Translations under genes and position numbers: made by a program | Notes under the pieces: model-generated | Seen by the model: only the letters and a program-made list of their open reading frames with translations | Told to the model about the DNA's origin: nothing | The model's database searches: none | Assembly (NCBI GenBank): GCA_002430725.1 | Contig: DJCU01000042.1 | Span: forward strand, 1 to 61,332 | Length of the DNA stretch: 61,332 nt | Source: Candidatus Gottesmanbacteria bacterium UBA5942 | GTDB lineage: Bacteria > Patescibacteriota > Microgenomatia > UBA10105 > UBA927 | Direction: 5' to 3' | In this document: piece after piece, positions 8,242 to 18,752 of the stretch | Layout of the letters: the number at the start of each line of letters is the position of its first letter | Position numbering within the stretch: the first letter of the stretch is position 1

Positions 8242-9750
8242 TTGCCCCGGAGGTTTTCAAGCACAAGGAAACCACGGGGTATCTTTGGCGATGTTGCATA
8301 CATTCAGTTACGCGGTGAACCATATCAGCAACAGATACAAAAAGATGGCGTAATAATTGAGATAGACACAAATCAAAGCCTTAATGTGTTAGCTAATCAC
8401 ACACATTATCAAGATGGTCTTGAAGAAAAAATTGATGTGGCCAAGGAGCATCTTTCTGATCTCTTCGAACGGGATGGGTACTATACAATTCAGAAAAAAA
8501 TTGAACAAGGTAACAGTCTTACTTTTGATGAAGCTTTTGGATTAGGCGTGTTTGTTTGTGCCGCTCTCAACAAACCGCTCCATGATGCCTTGCAAATGAA
8601 GCTAAAAAATATCATGCCGCTTGATACCCATTTGTTGCAAGCGACCACATTACTTTCTGCAATGTCTACCAAAGAGGCGTATATCGGTCTTTCTGCAGAG
8701 GAGATTGCGGGTATGGTGGCGGCGACTATACACCTCGACACCGTGGCGCGCCCCGCGTATCGTGACCCGCTTATAGCATTTGGCGGCATGGGAGGTGATA
8801 AGGGATATCCACTGAATAGTCATACAACGAAGTTGTTTAGCCTTTCCACGATGGCAGCAATTGCGCTTTCGGTCAGTAACGCTGTACATAAACATCATTC
8901 TTATCCAAATACGTCAAAAGTTGCCGGTCAGAGCGCGATTGAAGCGTTTGGCGCTCGGTCCGATTTTCATACGCCTGAGGCATTGAGCGAGGTGTTGCAT
9001 CAGTCAAATTTATTAATGACGAGTTGCCATAACACGAGAACACTTCACTCGTTGTCGCATAAGTTAAAAGGGGAGACAGTTAATCACGTTATTGGGCCGT
9101 TGGCATTTACCGTGTCTGCGGAAACGCCTGTCCACGCGATGATTGGAGTAAATGAAAAGGTGCATCCTTCAGTTGTTGTTGACGCATTGTCGATACTATC
9201 GGAAAAAGGCTTTCAGCGTTATGAAAATAGCGCTGTGTATTGCGGAACACTCGTTTCTGCTGATGACGACAAAATGTTGGATCCAGGTTTTATGAAGCAC
9301 ATTGTCGTGCTGGATGAGATTGCACCTCCTCCATATAAAACAATTGCTTCGTTTTTGGTGGGCGGGGAGAACGCGGGAACATACATATTATCACCAGAAG
9401 ATTTTTATGATCCCCGCGATTTAGCAGATTTTTCTCCCGCTTCACTCGCAATTCCCAATACGTATGAAGCCATTATGGAAGCAAATAACAGTGCAATAGA
9501 GGGTAAGGATATCACCCGGGCGAAATATCTTGCGATGACAGTGGGATTGGGTATATTTGTCCGCCGATGTCTTACAGACCCCAATGCATTAGACAGAAAG
9601 AAAAAGCGTGTTAATAGAGAAATGCTTCGAAAATGCACAAGACATGGATTAGAGGCGTTGTTATCAGGAAAGGGAAAAGAGCAGTTAGATCGTTATGTAT
9701 CCGTTACAAACAAGTTTGCGGGTAAAGGAGGAGAATATGAATTTATTTAA
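8242..9750 (+). CDS. TrpD-like glycosyltransferase family 3 (anthranilate phosphoribosyltransferase family) protein; start uncertain or frameshifted
   Basis: The block FGGMGGDKG..LFSLSTMAAIALSV..VHKHHSYPNTSKVAGQSAIEAFG resembles the TrpD GTGGD/KHGN core. The ORF-track start at 8161 lies inside the leader terminator. There is a TTG at 8242. A strong RBS plus ATG at 8202 is out of frame by one nt (see findings). Confidence 0.65.
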   Translation: MPRRFSSTRKPRGIFGDVAYIQLRGEPYQQQIQKDGVIIEIDTNQSLNVLANHTHYQDGLEEKIDVAKEHLSDLFERDGYYTIQKKIEQGNSLTFDEAFGLGVFVCAALNKPLHDALQMKLKNIMPLDTHLLQATTLLSAMSTKEAYIGLSAEEIAGMVAATIHLDTVARPAYRDPLIAFGGMGGDKGYPLNSHTTKLFSLSTMAAIALSVSNAVHKHHSYPNTSKVAGQSAIEAFGARSDFHTPEALSEVLHQSNLLMTSCHNTRTLHSLSHKLKGETVNHVIGPLAFTVSAETPVHAMIGVNEKVHPSVVVDALSILSEKGFQRYENSAVYCGTLVSADDDKMLDPGFMKHIVVLDEIAPPPYKTIASFLVGGENAGTYILSPEDFYDPRDLADFSPASLAIPNTYEAIMEANNSAIEGKDITRAKYLAMTVGLGIFVRRCLTDPNALDRKKKRVNREMLRKCTRHGLEALLSGKGKEQLDRYVSVTNKFAGKGGEYEFI

Positions 9751-10558
9751 AGAAGTGTTGCCTATAAGAAAGCCAATCATTGGCATGATACATTTGCCGC
9801 CGCTTGCTGGATACCCAGAACATCAACCAATAAGCGTGACGCGCAGAAGGATTATCAGTGAAGCGAAAAATCTGGAGGAAGGGGAAGTGCACGCCATCAT
9901 GATAGAGAATAATTACAGCACGCCTCATCGTGAGTTTGTAAGGAAGGCGGAAGCGTTGGAAATGAAGCGACTTGTGGATGCTGTCGTACGATCGGTTCGT
10001 ATCCCTGTTGGTGTGGATGTCTTATGGAATGATTTTTACACAGCACTTGATATCTGTAGAAACACCGGAGCCAGATTTATTCGAATAGCTTCGTATGTAG
10101 ATGATGTGATGACAAATTATGGAGTAATGATAGGGAGGGCAGATGAAGCAATGGCGTATCGGAAGCAATTAGGCTTGGAGCGAGGTGTGGCGGTGCTTGC
10201 AGATGTGCAGGTAAAGCACTCTAAAATGATTGATAAATCAAAATCACTACGACAATCGGTCAGGGAAGCAGTGAACAAAGGAGTAGATGCCATCATCATT
10301 ACTGGCACATGGACTGGGGTAGCGCCGATAATGAAAGATTTACATATAGCGCGGCATTTTGGACGGGGACTGCCCATCGTTGTCGGGAGCGGATCGACAC
10401 CTGATAATATGGGTGAGCTTTTTACGAGCGCTGATGCTATTATCGTGGGATCAGCCATCATGACTGATCGGGTTGTCGATAGAAGCAAGCTCGATACGTA
10501 CATGGAACGATATCAATCATTGCGTGTACGCAATTTTAGGAAGAATTCGTTACAATAA
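9737..10558 (+). CDS. BtpA/SgcQ-family TIM-barrel protein
   Basis: MNLFKEVLPIRKPIIGMIHLPPLAGYP... is typical of the BtpA family. AAAGGAGG RBS lies upstream of ATG 9737. Confidence 0.7.
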   Translation: MNLFKEVLPIRKPIIGMIHLPPLAGYPEHQPISVTRRRIISEAKNLEEGEVHAIMIENNYSTPHREFVRKAEALEMKRLVDAVVRSVRIPVGVDVLWNDFYTALDICRNTGARFIRIASYVDDVMTNYGVMIGRADEAMAYRKQLGLERGVAVLADVQVKHSKMIDKSKSLRQSVREAVNKGVDAIIITGTWTGVAPIMKDLHIARHFGRGLPIVVGSGSTPDNMGELFTSADAIIVGSAIMTDRVVDRSKLDTYMERYQSLRVRNFRKNSLQ

Positions 10559-10567
10559 GGAGAATAT

Positions 10568-11962
10568 ATGAATATACCAGTAAATAAACGATTGTTATCA
10601 GGTATCACGCCCAGCGGAGATGGGAGTCTTCATATTGGCAATTACTTAGGAGCAGTACGTCAATTTATTGAATTGGCTAAGTCCAATGAGACATATCTCA
10701 TGGTTGCAGATTTGCATGGGCTTACGACAATTCAGGACAAAAAACAGTTACAACAAAATATTGAAACTCTCATACTTAATGAGTTGGCACTTCTCAAGGG
10801 TTTCATGACGGATGACGAGTTTAATAACATTATTTTTTTCCGTCAGTCGGATGTGCCCATGCATACCGAGTGCCAGTCGATTATCAATAATGTTACCCCG
10901 TTGGGTCTTCTTAAGCGTGCCCATGCATACAAAGATAAGCTCCAGAAGGATGTTATGGAAGATGACATAAACGTGGGGCTGTTTAGTTATCCGATGCTTA
11001 TGGCAGCCGATATTCTCTTATATCAGGCAGATATCGTGCCGGTAGGAAAGGATCAGAAGCAGCATATAGAAATAACTCGAGATATTGCCGGATATTTCAA
11101 CAAGATCTATAAGAAAAATGTGTTTAAGTTGCCAGCTCCATTTATTCCGGAAGAAGTGGCGGTCGTTATGGGAACTGACGGTCAGCGAAAAATGAGCAAG
11201 TCGCTTGGCAATGTTATTGCCATGTTTGAGTCAGAAGAGGTAATTCGGAAACAGGTTATGGGAACGTTTACTGATCCCACACGGAAACATGTGACGGATC
11301 CGGGACATGTCGAAGGCAATATGGTGTTTACCTATCTCGGGTTTTTTGGAGAGCCCTCAAGAGTTAAGAAGATGAAGGAATTATATAAGGAGGGGAAGGT
11401 ATCAGATGTGAAGGTGAAGGAATATCTATATGAAAGTGTGATGACGTATTTCGGGCCCGCACGGAGAGCATATGATGAACTGAAAAATAACCCCGCCTTG
11501 GTTAAGGAAATACTCGCTCGCGGGCAAGAAAGAGCGCTAACTATTGCTATTCAAACAATGAAGCAGGTGCGCGATGTAATTGGAGTGACAACGCAGTATT
11601 CATTTTTTGACTATCAAAAACCGGTATCCGGAAAAACAATTTCCATTGATGAATTTGCTCGAGTGGAGCTTCGTGTCGGGAAAGTACAGGAAGCTAAAAA
11701 TAAAGAGGGAAGCGACAAGCTCATCCGTTTGGTGGTAGACATAGGAGAAGAAAATCCACGGATTATATTTACTGGAGTACGAGGTTTTGGATACACCCCC
11801 GAAGACTTTTTGGGAAAGCAATTTTTCTTTATTACCAATCTCGCGCCTCGCAAAATGATGAATGAAGAGAGTCAGGGAATGATACTTGCGGTTGATGGCG
11901 CTTCTTTGAAGCCCCAATTTGTTTCTGCAGAGGGAATGCCGGTGGGCGCGAAAATACGTTAA
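10568..11962 (+). CDS. trpS: tryptophan--tRNA ligase fused to a C-terminal Trbp111/CsaA-like tRNA-binding domain
   Basis: GITPSGDGSLHIGNYLGA (HIGH-type motif) and KMSKSLGN. The C-terminal ~110 aa (ELRVGKV..DKLIRLVVDIGEE..LAPRKMMNEESQGMILA) match the OB-fold tRNA-binding domain. Confidence 0.9.
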   Translation: MNIPVNKRLLSGITPSGDGSLHIGNYLGAVRQFIELAKSNETYLMVADLHGLTTIQDKKQLQQNIETLILNELALLKGFMTDDEFNNIIFFRQSDVPMHTECQSIINNVTPLGLLKRAHAYKDKLQKDVMEDDINVGLFSYPMLMAADILLYQADIVPVGKDQKQHIEITRDIAGYFNKIYKKNVFKLPAPFIPEEVAVVMGTDGQRKMSKSLGNVIAMFESEEVIRKQVMGTFTDPTRKHVTDPGHVEGNMVFTYLGFFGEPSRVKKMKELYKEGKVSDVKVKEYLYESVMTYFGPARRAYDELKNNPALVKEILARGQERALTIAIQTMKQVRDVIGVTTQYSFFDYQKPVSGKTISIDEFARVELRVGKVQEAKNKEGSDKLIRLVVDIGEENPRIIFTGVRGFGYTPEDFLGKQFFFITNLAPRKMMNEESQGMILAVDGASLKPQFVSAEGMPVGAKIR

Positions 11963-12008
11963 GTCGCGTGTGATAATCTCAGCAGAACATGCTATACTTG
12001 AGGCTCGT

Positions 12009-13892
12009 ATGGCAGAAAAACATGTTCATTCAGCCAAAAAAACCAACGGCAAGAAATCGAAGAACGCTATCCAATTTCAGATGAAGTTTACGCTTAAAAA
12101 CGTAGTAGTTGGGCTTTTTGTTTTATTTTTCCTTTTTTCGTTATTTGGAAGCTTGGGAAGTCAAGCATCTTTGTCTGAAACAAAGCCTCTTTCCACTGTG
12201 ATTGCTGATGTGCGTGAGGGGAAAGTAAAAACTATCGATATAGAGGACACGAAGCTTACGGTTACTCACATTGATGGTACGAAATATATTTCTACCAAAG
12301 AGGCGCAGGATTCGTTGGTAAGTGTTTTTGAAAAATCAGGTGTCGATCCTAAATCCGTTTCGATTAACGTAAAGGATTTATCCATGGGTGCTATTTGGGT
12401 CGGCATCATTTCGAATGTATTGCCATTAGTGTTGACTGTGGTATTTTTTCTCTTTTTGTTTCGACAAGCTAGAGGCGCTCAAGACAACATCTTTCAGTTT
12501 GGTCAGAGCAAAGCGAGAATATGGAATAGAGATTTGCCAAAAGTGACATTTAAGGATGTTGCTGGTGTCGATGAAGCAAAGAAAGAGCTTGAAGAAGTGG
12601 TCGACTTTTTAAAAAATCCCGCAAAATACAAGTTGTTGGGAGCCCGTACCCCCAAAGGAGTTATTCTGGTTGGTCCTTCTGGGACAGGAAAAACCATGCT
12701 TGCAAAAGCGATGGCAGGGGAAGCAAAAACCGCGTTTTATTCAATAGCAGGATCTGAGTTTATGGAGATGTTGGTTGGTGTAGGTGCTGCTCGAGTGCGG
12801 GATTTGTTTGCTCAAGCAAAAAAGAGTGCGCCCGCCATTATTTTTATCGATGAAATCGATGCCATTGGCAGGATGCGGAGTGTCGGTGTGATGGGTGGGC
12901 ATGACGAGCGAGAACAGACGCTTAATCAAATCCTTGTAGAAATGGACGGATTTGAACCAAACACAGCAGTTCTTATTGTCGCTGCAACAAACCGCGGGGA
13001 TTTGTTGGATCCTGCGTTAACGCGACCAGGGAGGTTTGACCGCCGTGTTGTTCTGGATTTGCCTGATCTTGAGGGGCGTAAAGCAATTTTAGGCATTCAC
13101 GCGAAGGGTAAGCCGTTTGAGAAAAATGTTGATTGGAATAAAGTTGCAAAACGCACTGTAGGATTTTCCGGCGCTGATATAGAGAACATGTTAAATGAGG
13201 CGGCTATTCATGCGGCTCGCGGAGAAAAGAAAGAAATTGATATGAAGGACATTGAGGAAGCAGCAACGAAAGTGAAATTGGGGCCAGAAAAAAAGCGATT
13301 GCAGAGCGATCTCGATCGAAAAATGACTGCGTATCATGAAGCGGGGCATGCAGTCGTGAATTATTATAGTCCACATTTGGATCCGGTACATCGCATAAGT
13401 ATTGTTTCTCGGGGCATGGCACTTGGTTTTACTATGGCGCCTCCAGAAAGGGATCGACTTCATGAAACGAAATCGAGATTACTAGAAGAAATGGCGATGA
13501 CAATGGGTGGCAGAGCAGCTGAACAGCTTATATTTAAGGAAATGACCAGTGGAGCTGCCAATGATATTAGTCAGGCAACTCGGATAGCGCGCTATATGGT
13601 GATGGAGTTTGGCATGAGTGACCTTGGGCCAATTAATTTTGGTCCACAAACGGACGTCACCGAGTGGGGGAAAGCGTTTTATGAGCAGCAATCCGTATCA
13701 CAGGAAATGCAGTCTGCTATTGACCGGGAGGTCAAAAAGCTACTTGATGCCGCATACGAGCGCGCAGTCATGGTGGTGAAAAAATATCGAAAAGATTTAG
13801 ATATTATAGCTGAAGAGCTTCTTAAGAAAGAGACCCTCGAAGGTGATGATTTCGAACACTTGCTTGGTGGCGAAAAGAAACGGACACAGTAA
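12009..13892 (+). CDS. ftsH: ATP-dependent zinc metalloprotease FtsH
   Basis: Walker A GPSGTGKT, Walker [12 protein letters not shown] region, and the HEAGHA zinc motif. ATG 12009 (MAEKHVH) is preferred over the upstream TTG. Confidence 0.95.
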   Translation: MAEKHVHSAKKTNGKKSKNAIQFQMKFTLKNVVVGLFVLFFLFSLFGSLGSQASLSETKPLSTVIADVREGKVKTIDIEDTKLTVTHIDGTKYISTKEAQDSLVSVFEKSGVDPKSVSINVKDLSMGAIWVGIISNVLPLVLTVVFFLFLFRQARGAQDNIFQFGQSKARIWNRDLPKVTFKDVAGVDEAKKELEEVVDFLKNPAKYKLLGARTPKGVILVGPSGTGKTMLAKAMAGEAKTAFYSIAGSEFMEMLVGVGAARVRDLFAQAKKSAPAIIFIDEIDAIGRMRSVGVMGGHDEREQTLNQILVEMDGFEPNTAVLIVAATNRGDLLDPALTRPGRFDRRVVLDLPDLEGRKAILGIHAKGKPFEKNVDWNKVAKRTVGFSGADIENMLNEAAIHAARGEKKEIDMKDIEEAATKVKLGPEKKRLQSDLDRKMTAYHEAGHAVVNYYSPHLDPVHRISIVSRGMALGFTMAPPERDRLHETKSRLLEEMAMTMGGRAAEQLIFKEMTSGAANDISQATRIARYMVMEFGMSDLGPINFGPQTDVTEWGKAFYEQQSVSQEMQSAIDREVKKLLDAAYERAVMVVKKYRKDLDIIAEELLKKETLEGDDFEHLLGGEKKRTQ

Positions 13893-13896
13893 CCTC

Positions 13897-14853
13897 ATGA
13901 ACCGATTAGTACTCATTGATGGAAATGCCATCATGCATCGGGCGTATCACGCGCTTCCTCCGTTGACCACTCCTGACGGGAAACCCGCACATGTTGTCTA
14001 TGGGTTTGTTTCAATGATCATAAAGATTTTTCATGCGTTAAAGCCTACACATTTTGCTGTCGCATTTGATCGTCCAGGACCGACATTTCGTAACGAATTA
14101 TATAAGGAATATCAAATTCAACGGCCAAAAATGGAAGATGACTTCATAAGTCAAATACCGATGGTGCATGATGTGGTGAAAGCGTTCGGTATCCCCATAT
14201 TTGAGCTTGATGGGTTTGAGGCAGATGACATGATAGGAACTATCGCTAAACAACGAAAAAGTAAAAAAATTGACCAAGTGATTATTGTAACGGGAGATAG
14301 GGACATATTACAGCTTGTTGAAGATGAAAAAGTGTTGGTGTTTATGCCGACTAAAGGGTTGTCTGAAGGGAAGCTATATAGTGAAGCAGACGTACTGGAG
14401 CGTATGGGGGTGGTTCCAAAACGCATTATAGATTTGAAAGCGTTGATGGGGGATGCTTCGGATAATTATCCGGGAGTAGCTGGTATCGGGCCCAAGACCG
14501 CTATTCATCTCCTTAATGAATTTGGATCGGTAGAAAATATTTATACATCACTTGAAAAAAGTAATGTGAGTGATGGGGTGAAAACAAAGTTGCTAGCGGG
14601 AAAAGAGAGTGCGTTTTTAGGAGTGACACTTGCGACAATAAGAACAGACGCACCAATACATTTTGAGCCTGCGAAAGCGGTAATTACCACACTTGATACA
14701 CCAGAGGTTCGAAACACACTGGCATCACTCCGTTTTTCTTCACTGCTTCGCCGTATCAGTGGAGAAGAGTTAGCAACAAGTGAGATGACAAAAGCTCGCG
14801 ATACTACCAAGCAGAAGAAAAAAGAGCATGACGAGCAACAGATGTTATTTTAG
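13897..14853 (+). CDS. 5'-3' exonuclease (Pol I N-terminal/FEN-like domain)
   Basis: LIDGNAIMHRAYHALP, EADDMIGT, GDRDILQL, and the H3TH motif GVAGIGPKTA. Confidence 0.85.
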   Translation: MNRLVLIDGNAIMHRAYHALPPLTTPDGKPAHVVYGFVSMIIKIFHALKPTHFAVAFDRPGPTFRNELYKEYQIQRPKMEDDFISQIPMVHDVVKAFGIPIFELDGFEADDMIGTIAKQRKSKKIDQVIIVTGDRDILQLVEDEKVLVFMPTKGLSEGKLYSEADVLERMGVVPKRIIDLKALMGDASDNYPGVAGIGPKTAIHLLNEFGSVENIYTSLEKSNVSDGVKTKLLAGKESAFLGVTLATIRTDAPIHFEPAKAVITTLDTPEVRNTLASLRFSSLLRRISGEELATSEMTKARDTTKQKKKEHDEQQMLF

Positions 14854-14859
14854 AAAGAT

Positions 14860-15990
14860 ATGAAAATTGCGCTTGTACATGATTATTTGAGGGAATACGG
14901 AGGCGCGGAGCGAGTGGTGGAATCGCTTCACGATATATGGCCAGATGCACCATTATATACTTCGTTTGTAGATTGGCGAGCATTAGGGGAGCACGCGAAG
15001 CGGTTTACGAGGTGGGATATTCGGACAAGTTGGGTGCAGCACAATCCAATTGTAAGAAAATTTCATTCACCATTACGGTTTTTGGCACCGCTCGTTTGGG
15101 GGAGTTTTGATCTTTCTGCGTACGATGTTGTTATCTCGAGCAGTGGATGGTTTATATGTCGCGGTGTTAGCGTCACGAAACCTGCAGTGCATTTTTGTTA
15201 TATTCATCACCCGCCAAGAAATCTGTATGGATACGCTACCGGGAGAACATTCCAAAAGTACAGAGTAGTACGGGCATATGCAGCGTTTATTAATTTTTTT
15301 ATGCGTCAGTATGATTATGTTACTGCGCAGAAAGTGGATTATTTTATCGCTAATTCTCAAGAAATCGCGCGTAGGGTAAAAAAGTTTTATCGTAGGGATG
15401 CTTCGGTTATTTATCCGCCGGTAGACCACAAGCTCACAAAGCTTGGGGGGAAGCAAAAAAGAACATACTATTTAAGCGTGGGGCGTTTGGTATGGGCAAA
15501 GCAAATAGAAGTTATTATTCGGGCAGCCAATGAACGGAAATTGCCGTTAAAAATTGTTGGGACTGGTCCAGAGGAAGCCCTATTGAAGTCTATAGCCGGG
15601 CCGACTGTTGAATTTATGGGTGCTGTTTCTGATGCAAAGCTCATGACACTATATGGAGGTGCCAAAGCAACGATTTTTTGTGCGCTGGATGAGGATTTTG
15701 GTATGGTGCCGATTGAGTCTATGTCATATGGCACGCCGGTTATCGCGCTAAACGAAGGGGGAGTGAGGGAGACGGTTATCGAAGGAAAAACGGGCATATT
15801 TTTTGATACTCCCCATGTTTCATCTCTCGTTGATGCGATAGCGAGGTTTGAAAGCAAAAAAATAGATTGGGAAGATGCTTGTAAAAAACGAGCGGCTGAA
15901 TTTAGTGCAGACCGCTTTCGTAAAGAAATACTAGCGTTCGTGCGTAAGCGAGCTGGCAAGTCTGAGGGAAAAACAATCGGACGGCTTTGA
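14860..15990 (+). CDS. glycosyltransferase family 4 (GT-B)
   Basis: C-terminal EDFGMVPIESMSYGTPVIA..GG..E (E-x7-E-like) motif. Confidence 0.8.
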   Translation: MKIALVHDYLREYGGAERVVESLHDIWPDAPLYTSFVDWRALGEHAKRFTRWDIRTSWVQHNPIVRKFHSPLRFLAPLVWGSFDLSAYDVVISSSGWFICRGVSVTKPAVHFCYIHHPPRNLYGYATGRTFQKYRVVRAYAAFINFFMRQYDYVTAQKVDYFIANSQEIARRVKKFYRRDASVIYPPVDHKLTKLGGKQKRTYYLSVGRLVWAKQIEVIIRAANERKLPLKIVGTGPEEALLKSIAGPTVEFMGAVSDAKLMTLYGGAKATIFCALDEDFGMVPIESMSYGTPVIALNEGGVRETVIEGKTGIFFDTPHVSSLVDAIARFESKKIDWEDACKKRAAEFSADRFRKEILAFVRKRAGKSEGKTIGRL

Positions 15991-16055
15991 GATTTTCCTT
16001 TGGTGTGTTAGGATAAAAACCACCGCAGGGCATATTTTATAAGGAGAAAACAGCG

Positions 16056-16757
16056 ATGGCACAGAGTGCAGACGTTTTTGTACTTTCTTTGGGTGGTTCA
16101 CTGATCGTTCCAAACGGTGGTATTGATACCACTTTTCTTTCCCAATTCCACGAGTTTATTAGAAGACAAGTCTCCGAAAAAAAACGGAGATTTTTTATAA
16201 CAGTGGGTGGCGGTGCGATAACACGTGATTATCAAAAAGCAGCGAGACAAGTGCGCGGTCACGATTTGAGTGACACCGATGCCGACTGGTTGGGGGTGCA
16301 TGCGACCCGCCTGAACGCGCAACTTATTCGTGCAATATTTCAGGATCTCGCTGATCCCAGGGTGATCAAGCACTATGAAATTATTTTAAAAATTCAATCG
16401 CCCGTTGCTATTGCAGCAGGGTGGAAGCCGGGGTGGAGCACTGATTATTGTGCGGTGACAGTGTGTCAGGATTATGGGCTGACACAGGTGGTAAATATGA
16501 CGAATGTCGATCAGGTGTATGATAAAGACCCCAATAAGCATGCAGACGCAAAACCGATAACAAATATTTCATGGGAGGATTACCGCAAGATGGTAGGGGA
16601 TGTATGGAAGCCCGGCATGAATGCACCATTTGACCCTATCGCCAGTAAGCTTGCACAGGATTTGGATGTGACGGTAAAGATAGTGAATGGAAAAGACTTA
16701 TCAAATCTTGAATTGGCGCTCGATGGTAAGCCATTTACCGGCACAACCATCACGTAA
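16056..16757 (+). CDS. pyrH: UMP kinase, archaeal type
   Basis: LSLGGSLIVP..VGGGAITR..NVDQVYDKDPNK..GTTIT-COOH. Length and end motif resemble the archaeal PyrH type. Confidence 0.75.
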   Translation: MAQSADVFVLSLGGSLIVPNGGIDTTFLSQFHEFIRRQVSEKKRRFFITVGGGAITRDYQKAARQVRGHDLSDTDADWLGVHATRLNAQLIRAIFQDLADPRVIKHYEIILKIQSPVAIAAGWKPGWSTDYCAVTVCQDYGLTQVVNMTNVDQVYDKDPNKHADAKPITNISWEDYRKMVGDVWKPGMNAPFDPIASKLAQDLDVTVKIVNGKDLSNLELALDGKPFTGTTIT

Positions 16758-16762
16758 CCTTC

Positions 16763-17824
16763 ATGACCCTGACTTCGTTAGTGCTTTCACATTTCCGCAG
16801 TTATAACAATAAATCCTGGCATTTTTCAGACGGAGCGACTTGTATTGTCGGGCCCAATGCAGCAGGAAAAACCAATGTATTAGAAGCGATTGTAATGCTT
16901 GCTACGGGAAAAAGTTTTCGGGCTGGGCAGGATCGTGATGTTATTTCTTGGGGAGAAGAAATTACTCGTATTGAAGCGAAAGTGGGTAGCAATAAGCTAG
17001 AGGTGATGCTGACTCCGGGGGAAGTGTCTGGGCAACGCTCACCATTAAAAAAATATATGGTCAATGGCGTATCACGCCGGCTAATCGATTTTATGGGACA
17101 CGTGCGAGTTGTTCTTTTTTGGCCAGAGGATCTTGAAATAGTGACAGATAGCCCGAGTGTGAGAAGAAAATATTTGGATATGGTATTAGTACAGACTGAC
17201 CGCGAGTATCGAAGAAACCTCATTTCTTATGAGCGTGGATTACGACAGAGGAATAAACTTCTTGACCTTATCAAAGAGGGAGCGGCCACACGAGGTCAGT
17301 TGTTGTTCTGGGATCAGCTACTCATAAAGGCAGGCGGATATATTACCGAAAAAAGAGCTACCTATATTGAGTTTATAAACGCTACTGTTCTTTCTGATCA
17401 CCGCTATACCATCACGTATGACAAAAGTATTATTTCAGAGGCGCGAATTTTGCAGTACAAAGATGAAGAAGTGGCGGCTAAATCTACACTGGTCGGTCCG
17501 CATAGGGATGATTTTGTTTTGTCGAGTCAGGAAGGACATGGGCGAGACGAGTCTCATGGATTTCGAGACCTAAATAAATTTGGTAGTCGTGGCGAGCAGC
17601 GTCTGGCAGTTCTTTGGTTGAAGCTTGCTGAACTTTCTTATATCGAGAAAGAGACGGGGGAGCGGCCATTGCTGTTATTGGATGATATATTTTCAGAACT
17701 TGATGAGGCACATAGAACCCTTGTGGGGGAGGTGACTGATCAACAACAGACAATTATCACGAGCGCAGATATGTTGAGTATACCCGTTAGTGTCACAAAA
17801 AATGCGACCGTGCTTCGTTTATAA
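16763..17824 (+). CDS. recF: DNA replication and repair protein RecF
   Basis: N-terminal FRSY..GPNAAGKTNVLEAI Walker A, SMC-like signature GSRGEQRLAVLWLKLAE, and Walker B LLLLDDIFSELD. Confidence 0.85.
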   Translation: MTLTSLVLSHFRSYNNKSWHFSDGATCIVGPNAAGKTNVLEAIVMLATGKSFRAGQDRDVISWGEEITRIEAKVGSNKLEVMLTPGEVSGQRSPLKKYMVNGVSRRLIDFMGHVRVVLFWPEDLEIVTDSPSVRRKYLDMVLVQTDREYRRNLISYERGLRQRNKLLDLIKEGAATRGQLLFWDQLLIKAGGYITEKRATYIEFINATVLSDHRYTITYDKSIISEARILQYKDEEVAAKSTLVGPHRDDFVLSSQEGHGRDESHGFRDLNKFGSRGEQRLAVLWLKLAELSYIEKETGERPLLLLDDIFSELDEAHRTLVGEVTDQQQTIITSADMLSIPVSVTKNATVLRL

Positions 17825-17832
17825 TACAACTA

Positions 17833-18720
17833 ATGAAGGAAGTTACTGCTAACGATATCCGATTACTTCGTACTGCAACGCCCAATTCGCACAAAGGGCA
17901 AAATGGTCGGTTGCTTATTATAGGAGGAAGCAGCCTGTTTCATGCTGCTAGTATCTGGGCTCTGGAAGTGGCATCACGTATTGTTGACCTTGTTCACTAT
18001 TCGTCAATTCCGGAGAATAACGATATTGTTAAAGAGGTAAAAAAGGAATTTCGTGACGGCATTGTGATATCGCGAGATGATATAAGTGCTTATATTGAGG
18101 AGGATGACTGTATATTAATAGGGCCAGGCATGGTGCGCGATGAAGAAACCCGCGCACTTACTCACGATCTTCTCGTTTCGTACCCTACAAAGCAATGGGT
18201 TATCGATGCTGGCGCATTACAGATGATGGAGATAGCGGATATCCCCGATCGGGCCATTCTAACACCTCATCATCAGGAATTTGCTGGATTATGGGCTCGA
18301 GTACTTACCCAACACCCGGAGTTCAGTCAGGCGCAAACTGATGAAGATAAGGTGAAACTTTTTGCAAAAACATACCACTGTATTGTGCTGCTTAAGGGGC
18401 ACATAGATATTGTGTGTTCGGGGGGTACGTGCGATGAGCGCGTGTGTATGCCGGGCGAGGTGCGATTGATCACTGGAGGTAATGAGGGTATGACGAAGGG
18501 GGGAACAGGTGATGTATTAGCTGGGCTTATTGCGGCACTAGCCTGTACGAATGACCCCATGCTTGCAGCTATTGCCGGAAGCTTTATTAACAAAGCGGCA
18601 GGTGACACGCTATATCGTTCTGTTGGCCCATTTTTTAATGCTTCTGATTTAGCGTTACAAATACCAAAAACGATGAGGGTCTTGCTTCTGCCAAGTGATG
18701 CGGTTAATATACAGGAATAG
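17833..18720 (+). CDS. NAD(P)H-hydrate dehydratase (YjeF C-terminal/carbohydrate kinase family)
   Basis: HKGQNGRLLIIGGS and GGTGDVLAGLIAAL motifs. Confidence 0.8.
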   Translation: MKEVTANDIRLLRTATPNSHKGQNGRLLIIGGSSLFHAASIWALEVASRIVDLVHYSSIPENNDIVKEVKKEFRDGIVISRDDISAYIEEDDCILIGPGMVRDEETRALTHDLLVSYPTKQWVIDAGALQMMEIADIPDRAILTPHHQEFAGLWARVLTQHPEFSQAQTDEDKVKLFAKTYHCIVLLKGHIDIVCSGGTCDERVCMPGEVRLITGGNEGMTKGGTGDVLAGLIAALACTNDPMLAAIAGSFINKAAGDTLYRSVGPFFNASDLALQIPKTMRVLLLPSDAVNIQE

Positions 18721-18752
18721 TGCGGGAAATTTCACCAGTCGGTGGATGAACT

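Noticed and set aside
11919-12008. N-terminal extensions in the ORF track for ftsH (11919), the 5'-3' exonuclease (13843), the BtpA-like gene (9695), S1 (38992), ABC1 (42611), D2 (47084) and D5 (51143).
   Set aside because: The extensions start at TTG or GTG and overlap the upstream gene or regulatory hairpins. In-frame ATGs with better RBSs or family-typical N-termini lie downstream, so the shorter coordinates were used.
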